Shown here: positions 9,528 through 18,649 of the stretch, piece by piece
Numbering within the stretch: the first letter of the stretch is position 1
Layout: every line of letters begins with the position of its first letter
Assembly: GCA_049512935.1 (NCBI GenBank)
Contig: JBEKWR010000030.1
Location: 1-19,714, forward strand
DNA length: 19,714 nucleotides
Origin: Candidatus Bathyarchaeia archaeon
GTDB taxonomy: Archaea; Thermoproteota; Bathyarchaeia; Bathyarchaeales; Bathycorpusculaceae
Direction of reading: 5' to 3'
Notes under the pieces: model-generated
Databases searched by the model: none
What the model was told of the DNA's origin: nothing
Seen by the model: only the letters and a program-made list of their open reading frames with translations
Position numbers and translations under genes: made by a program

Positions 9528-9728
9528 CTATTTTATATATTCAACGGTGCGCTTGTGATATCTTTTGCATTCTTTGACGATTTTTCCCGTGAATTGTGGC
9601 GGAACGAATGTGCCTAGGCTTGCAAGCAAAGCAAGTTCCGATCTTTGATCCTGACGTACCTCAGTGTATTCAGGGCATCCAACGCACTGGTCGGGGAACT
9701 CATTGAAGCACGCATATTGTACTTCCAA
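9528..9728 (-). CDS. Small Cys-containing hypothetical protein (66 aa)
   Basis: TTG start preceded by GGGGGAAG and an upstream TTAAATA; four Cys including CVGC. No homology recognised. Confidence 0.45.
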   Translation of the reverse strand: MEVQYACFNEFPDQCVGCPEYTEVRQDQRSELALLASLGTFVPPQFTGKIVKECKRYHKRTVEYIK

Positions 9729-9870
9729 CTTACTTCCCCCATAATAACTAAACCTGTTTAAGTATTTAACAGATTTCTATATTCCATACAATACAATGTT
9801 AGCCATCAGCCGCATAACCACTTATTCTTTTCTCAAAGTTCATTAATCGCGCTTTTTCCTTACGACTGCG

Positions 9871-10272
9871 TTAACCTTGTTTCTGGGGGGTTACCTGCCC
9901 TTGAATGTTTTGCCCTCTGAGGTTAGTTGCACAGTAAGGACAGAAATTGTTCTCTGGGGAAGCTGGTTTGTTGCAAGAGGGGCAGTTTTTCGCTGCGGCG
10001 GCCGCGGGTTTTGTTTGGCTTGTTGTTTGCAGGTATCTTTTGCTGTCTCGGTACAGTTTCTTGTAGAAGCTTTGTTCCCGCTCACATTGGAGCCTGCACA
10101 GCCATGAGACTGGGAAAGCAAACATCAGCGTCGCAGTCAGCATCAAGTCTGGGGGCTGGTTGAACCACGAGAAGGCTAACATCATCAGTATTCCCATGGG
10201 CACGTACGGTAAACCCAGACAAGCCTTGGCTAACCAACCCGCCTTCCTAAATCCCTTAATCAACCTGTTCAT
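9871..10272 (-). CDS. Membrane protein with C-terminal zinc ribbon
   Basis: Two hydrophobic segments, then CPSC-x7-NFCPYC; ATGA overlap with the upstream ORF. Confidence 0.75.
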   Translation of the reverse strand: MNRLIKGFRKAGWLAKACLGLPYVPMGILMMLAFSWFNQPPDLMLTATLMFAFPVSWLCRLQCEREQSFYKKLYRDSKRYLQTTSQTKPAAAAAKNCPSCNKPASPENNFCPYCATNLRGQNIQGQVTPQKQG

Positions 10273-10538
10273 GGGCTTATGCCTCCCGTTGGGGTGCTTG
10301 CTTTTTCACTCTCGACGGCTCCTTCTTGCTTCTCGGGTTTATGCAGGGATATGAATATGCCCATGATGATTGTTCCGGCGCCTAAAATGAGGAATAGTGG
10401 TGGCGCGAGTCCACTGTTCATTGAGTAAACATTTACGACTAAGCCCCAGACAGCCGAGCCGCTGAGGAGAATTCCGAGCAGGATAATGGCTATTCCGCCG
10501 AGTATGTAGTCCTGACGCTCTTCCTTCCAATCTGACAT
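10269..10538 (-). CDS. Small two-TM membrane protein
   Basis: Two hydrophobic helices. ATG 10538 (MSDWKEE) follows a G-rich SD-like sequence. The 4-nt stop/start overlap with the downstream gene suggests translational coupling. Confidence 0.65.
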   Translation of the reverse strand: MSDWKEERQDYILGGIAIILLGILLSGSAVWGLVVNVYSMNSGLAPPLFLILGAGTIIMGIFISLHKPEKQEGAVESEKASTPTGGISP

Positions 10539-10759
10539 TCCCTTGGAATCCCCTTTCCCGCGCACTAAGTCAACTAAATGAGCAGATGAACATTTTAAAA
10601 TTTGCGTTTAATTAGAAATTCTTTTTGCATTCTGCGCGGCTTTACTGGCGGACGGTTGGCTCGTAGATTACTAATCCATTCTCCTCTTTCACTATTAAGT
10701 TATAGTCCTCGGATATTCGGCGTATTTTCTAAACGGTAACGGCACAAAAAAATGTTCTT

Positions 10760-11164
10760 TCAGCTGGACACATCGGTGCCGAGTTCTTTTTTGAGGCTTT
10801 TTTCAGAGAAAAAGAGCAGCGCAGCAACTACACCGAGCACCACGGCGGCTGCGACCGACAAGAATGGAATAATGTTGATCGATGTTGTGGCGTTTGAAGG
10901 AACCGTCGTTGGAGCCGCTATGGGCGGCGCAGCGGAGGTGGGGGCGGGCGTTGCCGTGGTGTATGACCCAGCTGAGGAGCTGGAAGTTCCTGGGGTAACG
11001 TTGGAGTATTTTTGAGACGGGGTTGGGGTTAACGCGGCTGAGGGCTTGTTTTGAAGCGCGACTTGGCTTGAAACGGGCAGGTAGCTTACGGCGGCTGCAA
11101 GCGACAGGACTAACGCGACTGCGAGAATGGGCGCTATCAACATTTTCTTGTTCAGTAAGCTCAC
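10760..11164 (-). CDS. Membrane-anchored Ser/Thr/Pro-rich protein
   Basis: N-terminal KK plus hydrophobic helix, about 65 aa of low-complexity S/T/P/A sequence with NVT and NAT sequons, C-terminal TM helix and charged tail. Confidence 0.75.
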   Translation of the reverse strand: MSLLNKKMLIAPILAVALVLSLAAAVSYLPVSSQVALQNKPSAALTPTPSQKYSNVTPGTSSSSAGSYTTATPAPTSAAPPIAAPTTVPSNATTSINIIPFLSVAAAVVLGVVAALLFFSEKSLKKELGTDVSS

Positions 11165-11192
11165 AACCGTAAACTGTACTTTTCTTTTCCCA

Positions 11193-11217
11193 AAATAAAC
11201 GGTGTGAACCGTTATTT
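11193..11217. promoter_or_regulatory. Imperfect palindrome in a divergent promoter region, candidate operator
   Basis: aaata-AACGGT-gtga-ACCGTT-attt, adjacent to AT-rich TATA-like sequence. Confidence 0.45.
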
Positions 11218-11321
11218 AATGTTATATTTTAGGCTGAGTGTTCTAACCTTTCGTACGGCGGTTTCAGCGTTTTTTGGGGTAGGTCTTAAATTGCAGCCTG
11301 TGCCTTTGTTTGGGTTTGTGG

Positions 11322-11750
11322 ATGGCTTTGGCTGCAGACGAACCCAAAGAAGTGCTGAGGGGAACAACACTTGAAGTTTACCGTTTCCTGCTGAAAAGCA
11401 ACAAGCCAGTCGGAACGCGGGAACTGCAGAGAGCACTCAACCTGAGCAGCCCGTCAGTGGCAACGTACCACCTCTCCAAGCTGGAAGATGCTGGATTGCT
11501 GAAGCGGGAGGGCGGCGGCTTCACAGTCAGCAAGTACCTCCTGGAAAACAGCGTCAAGGTCAACCGTTTCCTGATTCCAAGGTTCTTCTTCTACGCAGTA
11601 TTCGCAGTCGCAGCGCTCGCCGTGGAGTTGACGCTTATGATGCCCGCGGTTTTGACGCGTGAATACGCGTTCTCCGTGGCTGTGACAGCCGTGCTGGCGT
11701 TGTTCTGCACTTATGAAACAGTCAAAACATGGCTAAGAGGCAACCTGTAA
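11322..11750 (+). CDS. Membrane-anchored winged-HTH transcriptional regulator
   Basis: TLEVYRFLLKSNKPVGTRELQRALNLSSPSVATYHLSKLEDAGLL (wHTH) followed by two hydrophobic helices. Start uncertain (11310, 11322 or 11328). Confidence 0.85.
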   Translation: MALAADEPKEVLRGTTLEVYRFLLKSNKPVGTRELQRALNLSSPSVATYHLSKLEDAGLLKREGGGFTVSKYLLENSVKVNRFLIPRFFFYAVFAVAALAVELTLMMPAVLTREYAFSVAVTAVLALFCTYETVKTWLRGNL

Positions 11751-11785
11751 ATCCCCACTTTTGCCAAACGCAATTCTCGTCGAGG

Positions 11786-12304
11786 TCAGGTGCCTAAACT
11801 TGGGGCGGCTGCGTTACCCGACGTGAACGTTGAATCATCGATGTAAGGGTAAGCGTAAATTTTCCCCAAAAAGAAGCCGGAGCTGCAGTAGATCAATCGT
11901 TTGTTTTTTCTTTCCCACCGCCAATAAACCAGCGCTCTTGTCAAGAAAGCTGCTGCGGGAAATGGGTAAATGAAGTCGACGGCGATCGCGACTGTTTGAA
12001 GAGGCAAGGTTGAGACAGCCCAGATGACAAGCCCAATGCCGATAACTGCTAAGCCTATGATGGTAAGCAAGTAGCCAAGAGTCACCGAATAAACCCCCTT
12101 CTTTTCGATAATTCGAAGCGTTCCCTCCGCCCATTTACTGAACGCAAATACCCCAACGAAGATGCCTATAATCGTTGCGAAGCCCGCAAAAATGAGGTTG
12201 ATATGAAAAATTGACCGATAGTAATAAGTCAAATTGTACATGCCGAGTTGGAACAAGGCTAAAAGTGACCACAACACGCCCAAGAGGATGTCAAATGGGA
12301 TCAT
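11786..12304 (-). CDS. Hypothetical integral membrane protein (about 4 TM)
   Basis: Four hydrophobic segments followed by WRWERKNKR. ATG 12304 (MIPFD) is preferred to the longer track start. Confidence 0.7.
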   Translation of the reverse strand: MIPFDILLGVLWSLLALFQLGMYNLTYYYRSIFHINLIFAGFATIIGIFVGVFAFSKWAEGTLRIIEKKGVYSVTLGYLLTIIGLAVIGIGLVIWAVSTLPLQTVAIAVDFIYPFPAAAFLTRALVYWRWERKNKRLIYCSSGFFLGKIYAYPYIDDSTFTSGNAAAPSLGT

Positions 12305-12463
12305 TCTGTAATTCAAAGTTACCGGTAACCTGCAAACTGCATTTAGATGCGTTAGGGATTTATGTTTTTCCCATACAGACTCCGGGCTAAGAAGCAATCT
12401 GTAGGATGTACACAAGCGTATTATTCAAATGAACGCTTACACATAGTCGATATAGTGGTTAAT

Positions 12464-12679
12464 TTGGTTAAGACCATCAGAATTAAAGACGAAACATACA
12501 GAAAGCTTCTGTCCTTTAAAAGAAATGATGAAAGCTTCAGCGAACTTCTTGAGCGTCTAACCGAAAAGAATTCTACCGCGAAAATCCTGAAGAAAATCAG
12601 AGGAACCGTTGAATTCGGTGAGGGAGAAAAGGAAGATATTCTTTTTGAGATACGTTCCAAAAGGGCGATTAAGCTTTAA
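12464..12679 (+). CDS. Archaeal VapB-type antitoxin (DUF217/COG1753-like)
   Basis: KTIRIKDETYRKLLSFKRNDESFSELLERL matches the KTIxIxDExYxxL...ESFSxxxxRL pattern. Start is TTG 12464 or GTG 12455. Confidence 0.82.
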   Translation: MVKTIRIKDETYRKLLSFKRNDESFSELLERLTEKNSTAKILKKIRGTVEFGEGEKEDILFEIRSKRAIKL

Positions 12680-12910
12680 GGCTTATTTTTGAAAACGGAT
12701 AGGATTGTTACAAGCAACTGTTCCTTGCGCGAGATTAGGTTGAGACTCTTTCTTAGCTCCTACATTTTTACTTTTCCTGCTGCAACCACCCCGAATGAAA
12801 CTTGCGAAAGAAAACTCCGAAATCACCGATATTTTGAATCCTTAGTTAACTTTAAACGCTGGCGTTGACAATAAGAGTGGCACCGATTTGGGACTGTTGG
12901 GGAAGGGTTT

Positions 12911-15130
12911 ATGGTTAATCAGCCTCCGCTTCGCGCACGCGGCGTCAAAGTGCTTAAAGCTGTTTCTTCACCGCTTAGGCTGCAAATCCTTAACCTTCTC
13001 TTCGACCGAAGCGCCCTCAGCTACACGGAACTCATGAACGCCCTAAAAATGAACCCAAGCCGAGACGCAGGCAGATTTGCTTATCACCTAAAGTTCATGT
13101 TGAAGGCGGAGTTGGTGGAAGCGGATGTTGAAGCAAAAAAGTATTACCTTACCGACCTCGGCAAGATGGTTCTTGACGTGGCGGACCGCGTCGAGGCGAA
13201 GGCTGTTAAGCCCAGAGGCATGGTGGTTCGCACTTCGCATTTGACGCTGGAAGAATTCGACGCCAACAAAATCGCGAACTCGCTTATCAAGGAGGCTAAG
13301 GTGCCTGCTGAGTTGGCGCAGAAGGCGGCTAAGGAAGCTGAAAAACGCCTGGTTAAGTCTAAAACGAAGTATCTTACCGCCGCGTTGATCAGGGAGGTGG
13401 TGAACGGCATCCTGATTGAGAAGGGCTACGAGGAGTACCGTCACAAACTCACCCGCGTCGGCATGCCTGTTCACGAGGTCACCGCTCTGATCGAAGCGAA
13501 AGATCAGCCTGTAGACTCGGCAGCCATAGTGACGACGGCGGGGCAGACGTTGCTAGGCGAGTACACGCTGCTTAACATTTTCCCAAGAGACATCGCCGAC
13601 GCTCACCTTTCAGGCGCAATTCACATCGACGGTTTAGGCACATGGATAATAAAACCCAACGAGGTCAACCATGACCTAAGGTTTTTCCTGCAAAATGGGA
13701 TTAAACTTGAAAATCCAATGCAAGCCTCGATGGAGCCGCCCTGCGATTTTGAGTCAGCGTTAGCCGTCGCACTGAATGTTTTGTTGCACGCTGGCAAAGA
13801 AGTCAACAGAACCCAGACGTACGGTTACTTCAACGTTTTTTTGGCGCCGTACGCGAGGGGTGTTGAAGCGGCGCGGCTCAAGGAAAACCTGCGCTTATTC
13901 ATTTTAAGCGTCAATCAGCAAACTGAGGCTACGTTGACGCTTCAGCTTTCCCTTCCGAAGTCAGCCGCTGAAAAGGAAGCGGTGGGTCCCGGCGGAAAAG
14001 TCTGCGGCAGATACTTGGATTTCGCGGTGGAGTGCCAGCAGCTGGCCCAATTGGTGATTGAAGTTTTTATTGAGGAGTGCGCTAAGAAGCCGCTGCTTAA
14101 CCCCAAGCTGATTGTCAGAGTCAGCAAGGATACGTTTACGGATGAAGCCGCAAAGAGCCTGCTCTATAAAGCTCACCAGCTTGCAGCTGAAAAAGGAACG
14201 CCTTACTTCGCCGCGGCAACGGGGAAAGAGACTGAAAACGCCTTTTTCTCATCTACGGGAATGAGGCTTGCCGCTGACTTGACAGGCGAATGGGAGACTG
14301 ACACGTTGCGTACGGGCTGCCTCGGCTGCGTGAGTCTTAACTTGCCGAGAATCGTGTTGGAGTGCGAGAAGGACAAGAACAAGTTTTTCGACCTGATTCA
14401 GGAACGGTTCGAGCTTGCCGCCCGCGCCTTGGGAATAAAAAGCAGCGTGCTCAAGCAGTTTGGCAAAAACTCCCTGCCTTTTCTGTTGAGGAACGGCACT
14501 GGCGACGTTTACTTCAGGCTTGAAAACAGCTCGCGCATCATCAATTTGGCTGGGTTCCGAGAAGCCGTGGAAGCCTTCACTGAGAAAGATGTTAACTCTG
14601 AGGAGGCACGCGGCTTCAGCGAAGAAACCGTCAAAGCGGTTTTGTCGTTTAAGCAGAAGATCGGCAGAAAATACGGTAAACGCTTGTACCCCGTGGTTCT
14701 TGGCGACTTGGAAGCCGCTGAAAGGCTTGCGCAGCTTGACATCGACAAGTATGGTGTGGCTAAAGTCAAGTTTTCAGGGACAAGAGAGAAACCGTACTAT
14801 TCAGGCACGCGAAGGTTCCAGGTCAAGACCGCAGGTGAAATCCTGTCATTGCCGACGGAGCAGTTGGAGACTGCTAAGAAGATGAAGGGGTTAACCGCTG
14901 GGGGATCCTTAGACGTCTTCGAGTTGGAAGGCACCGACCTTAAGGCTGAAGCGTTGATGGATTTGACGAGGCGCGTGGTTGAAAATCAATCCTCCGAGTT
15001 CTTCACGTACAACCGCTCGGTCAGCTACTGCGACAACTGCAAGAAAAGCTGGTTCGGAACACTGCATAAATGCCCATGCTGCGGCTCAATGAGCGCACTG
15101 GCAACGTTCGACCGCTTCGCTTCAACGTAA
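12911..15130 (+). CDS. ArsR-type HTH / ATP-cone / NrdD-like fusion, predicted catalytically inactive class III RNR homologue
   Basis: Residues 1-100 are an ArsR-like wHTH (VLKAVSSPLRLQILNLL...LSYTELM...FAYHLKFM...YYLTDLG). Residues ~104-175 are an ATP-cone (VVRTS..LEEFDANKIANSLIKE...LTAALIREVVNGILIEKG). The NrdD core follows (IADAHLSGAIHI, HDLRFF, FNVFLAPY, PKL, KGTPYF, VSLNLPRI, PYYS, AGG) with a Zn site CDNC-x10-CPCC. There is no RxxGY motif. Confidence 0.88.
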   Translation: MVNQPPLRARGVKVLKAVSSPLRLQILNLLFDRSALSYTELMNALKMNPSRDAGRFAYHLKFMLKAELVEADVEAKKYYLTDLGKMVLDVADRVEAKAVKPRGMVVRTSHLTLEEFDANKIANSLIKEAKVPAELAQKAAKEAEKRLVKSKTKYLTAALIREVVNGILIEKGYEEYRHKLTRVGMPVHEVTALIEAKDQPVDSAAIVTTAGQTLLGEYTLLNIFPRDIADAHLSGAIHIDGLGTWIIKPNEVNHDLRFFLQNGIKLENPMQASMEPPCDFESALAVALNVLLHAGKEVNRTQTYGYFNVFLAPYARGVEAARLKENLRLFILSVNQQTEATLTLQLSLPKSAAEKEAVGPGGKVCGRYLDFAVECQQLAQLVIEVFIEECAKKPLLNPKLIVRVSKDTFTDEAAKSLLYKAHQLAAEKGTPYFAAATGKETENAFFSSTGMRLAADLTGEWETDTLRTGCLGCVSLNLPRIVLECEKDKNKFFDLIQERFELAARALGIKSSVLKQFGKNSLPFLLRNGTGDVYFRLENSSRIINLAGFREAVEAFTEKDVNSEEARGFSEETVKAVLSFKQKIGRKYGKRLYPVVLGDLEAAERLAQLDIDKYGVAKVKFSGTREKPYYSGTRRFQVKTAGEILSLPTEQLETAKKMKGLTAGGSLDVFELEGTDLKAEALMDLTRRVVENQSSEFFTYNRSVSYCDNCKKSWFGTLHKCPCCGSMSALATFDRFAST

Positions 15131-15134
15131 AAGC

Positions 15135-16055
<921 letters not shown>

Positions 16056-16196
16056 TTAATGGGCACACCTGAAACCAAGAGTGCTCTTTACTGCTAAATA
16101 TAATTTCCCTTTAGCGACGGGCTATTTTCACGCCGCGGGGTTTTGTCCCGAAATTAAATGTTCAAATAACCTGTCGGGCAGTAGCTCTTGGGATAA

Positions 16197-16530
16197 TTGT
16201 TGGTTGATTATCTGGTCGGGACAGGCGGATGGGCTTACTTTAACATCCCGAACAAGCCCGCGCTAAAAGCGTACAGTGAAATATTCAGTTTTATGGAAGT
16301 AAACAGTACTACAGGTACAGCGGCGAGGAATTGGATGGCTGGGTTCCGAAGGTTTTGGAAACGGCGAAAGATGAGAAGAAGGTCTACGGGTTCTTCAACA
16401 ATCACTATCGCGGTTACGCCCCAGAAAATTGTCTTCAGCTTATAGAAAGTTAGGGTTAATGACTGAAAAGCAGAAGAAAGCAAAAGTCAAAAACGCAGTT
16501 AAACAGTCTCAGTTAGGCACATTCTTTTAG
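16197..16530 (+). pseudogene. DUF72 (YecE-like) pseudogene with a large internal deletion and a frameshift
   Basis: The N-terminus (YLVGTGGWAY...LKAYSEIFSFMEVNST) is joined out of frame at about 16308 to the C-terminus (YRYSGEELDGWVPKV...VYGFFNNHYRGYAPENCLQLIE). After a second frameshift near 16447 it reads LGLMTEKQKKAKVKNAVKQSQLGTFF*. Confidence 0.88.
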
Positions 16531-16684
16531 GCGAAAAGACAAGAAAAATGCTTGCCGCTTACTCTTCTTCTGCTAGTTAGAGCTTATATGCTTTTGTTGT
16601 TGTACAATGATTGCAACACAGTTTTAATAGCAACAAGTTAGCACTACATATTCAAGCGAAAAATCAATTTTAAAGGCGTTTTTT

Positions 16685-16882
16685 ATGGAATCAATCTTGG
16701 AAAAAATAAATAAAAGAGAAAAGCCAAAAGAAATTTTCAGTACCCGAGATTACATGCCAAGAGTGTACGAGGTTAGGTCGCCGTGTCAGTGGCTGGAGCA
16801 TTGCTATGGTGGCAAGTGCCCCGCGTTCATGAAAATCAACGGGAATTTTTACTGCGCGCGAGCAAAACAAATCCATAGCTAA
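16685..16882 (+). CDS. Small Cys-rich hypothetical protein (65 aa)
   Basis: ATG start in an otherwise unoccupied AT-rich interval; C-x5-C-x4-C-x11-C pattern. Confidence 0.5.
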   Translation: MESILEKINKREKPKEIFSTRDYMPRVYEVRSPCQWLEHCYGGKCPAFMKINGNFYCARAKQIHS

Positions 16883-16957
16883 GACAGCCAACTCTCTTTT
16901 TCGGAACGGCAACAGCGGGTTTCTCTGCGCAAAAGAAAAATGCACAGGTAAGCAGCG

Positions 16958-17869
16958 TCAGCCTTTCAACATGGCTAATGCTTCTTTAACCACGGCAACC
17001 GACTTTCCGAAACGCTCCTTTGACCGAGCGGATAATTCAAGCTCAATTATCTTTTCCACGCCCCCTTTTCCTAGCACAACTGGCGCGCCGATTGAAACAT
17101 CGGAGGCTCCGTATTCCCCGTCAAGGCAAGTTGACACGCTCATTACCCTGTTTCTGCCCGTTAAAATCGCGTCAGCTGTTGTGGCGATTACGGCGCCGGG
17201 AGCGTAGATTGTTGAGCCTTTAAGCTTGATGACGTCTGCGCCGGAAGTCACGGTTAAATGGACGATTTTTTCAATCTGAGTTTCCGTCAGAAAGTTTGTT
17301 ATGGGGACGCCTGAAACGGCGGCATACTCAACCAGCGGAACCATCGAGTCGCCGTGTTCCCCAATCACCAAGGCACTGGTGTCTTCTCTGGATACGTTCA
17401 GTTCATCTGCTATGTAGGTTCTGAACCGCATCGTGTCAAGGATGTTGCCCATGCCGAAAAGCCGGGTGCGCGGGAAACTCGATTCTTGGAAGGCAACGTA
17501 GGTCATTATGTCAACGGGGTTTGTGACAATCATAAGTTTACAATCAGGCGCGTACCTGACAACTTCCCTGACGACCGACCGCATGACCCCTGCGTTCGTA
17601 TTCATCAAGTCAATACGGGTCATGTCAGGTCTTCTGCCGAGCCCAGCCGTCATGATGACAAGCTCGGAGCCACGCATCGCCGCATAATCGCTGGTTCCTG
17701 TGATTTTGCCGTCGAACTCGATGGCGGGCGCAGCCTGCATCATGTCCAACGCTTCCCCCTTCGCTTGGCTTTCGTTAGAGTCAATGAGGACTACGTCGCT
17801 GATTTTGTACCGTAAAATCTCAAACGCCGCTGTGCTTCCCACTTTCCCAGCGCCAATAACAGTTATCAT
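16958..17869 (-). CDS. mdh: Malate dehydrogenase (LDH-like family)
   Basis: VIGAGKVG Rossmann motif, GEALD, TAGLGRRPDMTRIDL (Arg at the specificity position, so MDH rather than LDH), VTNPVD, LDTMRF, GEHGDSM. Confidence 0.93.
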   Translation of the reverse strand: MITVIGAGKVGSTAAFEILRYKISDVVLIDSNESQAKGEALDMMQAAPAIEFDGKITGTSDYAAMRGSELVIMTAGLGRRPDMTRIDLMNTNAGVMRSVVREVVRYAPDCKLMIVTNPVDIMTYVAFQESSFPRTRLFGMGNILDTMRFRTYIADELNVSREDTSALVIGEHGDSMVPLVEYAAVSGVPITNFLTETQIEKIVHLTVTSGADVIKLKGSTIYAPGAVIATTADAILTGRNRVMSVSTCLDGEYGASDVSIGAPVVLGKGGVEKIIELELSARSKERFGKSVAVVKEALAMLKG

Positions 17870-17891
17870 ACTTTAAACATGATTAGAGGCT

Positions 17892-17900
17892 AAGATATAA
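17892..17900 (-). promoter_or_regulatory. Putative TATA box of mdh (probably a leaderless transcript)
   Basis: TTATATCTT on the minus strand, 23-31 nt upstream of ATG 17869; no SD sequence. Confidence 0.5.
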
Positions 17901-18010
17901 CCCGCACGCTCAAAAGAAAACTTGGCAAATTGTGCATTGAAAAATTTTCCGTTCTTAAGGGTGGCGGCTTCTTTCTTTGTGTTGTCAAAGCGAACGTGAA
18001 GTTTTTTGAT

Positions 18011-18466
18011 TTACTTCACTATTATTACTGTGCATGGTGCGGAGTGCGCCACTTGCGCGCTTACGCTGCCCAAGAAACGTTCGCTCATCCTGCCTAACCC
18101 GCGGTGCCCGACAACAATGACGTTGAAACCCTCCTTAGCGGTGTCAACAATTTCAATAGCGGCATCCCCCTCCTTAGTCAGAGCGGAAACCTTCACGCGA
18201 GGATTAACCTCTCTTGCGTGAGCAACGTACCTGTTTATCATCTCTTTTTGAATTATCATCAAATCCTTAGCAACCACGGCGGTACTGCTGCCTCCCGTCG
18301 GATACGTAACCGTTTCAGGAGGCACCGCTCCCATCACCACCGATTCAGCAACATTCAGGATGGCGAGAGATGCGCCGAATTTTTCCGCGAAATCCAACGC
18401 GAAATCAAGCGCTCGTTCAGAGTTTTCAGATCCGTCCACACCGACCAAAACATTAGTGATTGACAT
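18011..18466 (-). CDS. Universal stress protein (UspA family)
   Basis: NVLVGVDGSENSERAL, GDAAIEIV, IVVGHRGLG...FLGSVSAQVAHSAPCTVIIVK (ATP-binding G-2x-G-9x-GS type). GAGGT precedes ATG 18466. Confidence 0.95.
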   Translation of the reverse strand: MSITNVLVGVDGSENSERALDFALDFAEKFGASLAILNVAESVVMGAVPPETVTYPTGGSSTAVVAKDLMIIQKEMINRYVAHAREVNPRVKVSALTKEGDAAIEIVDTAKEGFNVIVVGHRGLGRMSERFLGSVSAQVAHSAPCTVIIVK

Positions 18467-18649
18467 GGGAAACCTCAAAAGCTAATTCTTTAAATAGCCA
18501 TTAAACCTTTCCCCGACGAAAAACGGCGCGGCACCAAAAGTTCAGTTCGCTCGGAGGAAAATTTCCGTCTGTTTCCACCGATTTATTTAAGAAATATAAG
18601 CATAAAGTGCTAATTAATACGTTAGAGCATTACGCGGAGGGGATCGCCA

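Noticed and set aside
12911-15130. Annotation as a functional anaerobic ribonucleotide reductase (nrdD)
   Set aside because: The glycyl-radical Gly motif and both usual catalytic Cys positions are substituted, and no activase gene is nearby. Gene symbol withheld.
16197-16445. 82-aa ORF as an intact small protein, or a programmed frameshift
   Set aside because: Most of the DUF72 barrel is missing and two frame changes are needed, which fits pseudogenisation better.
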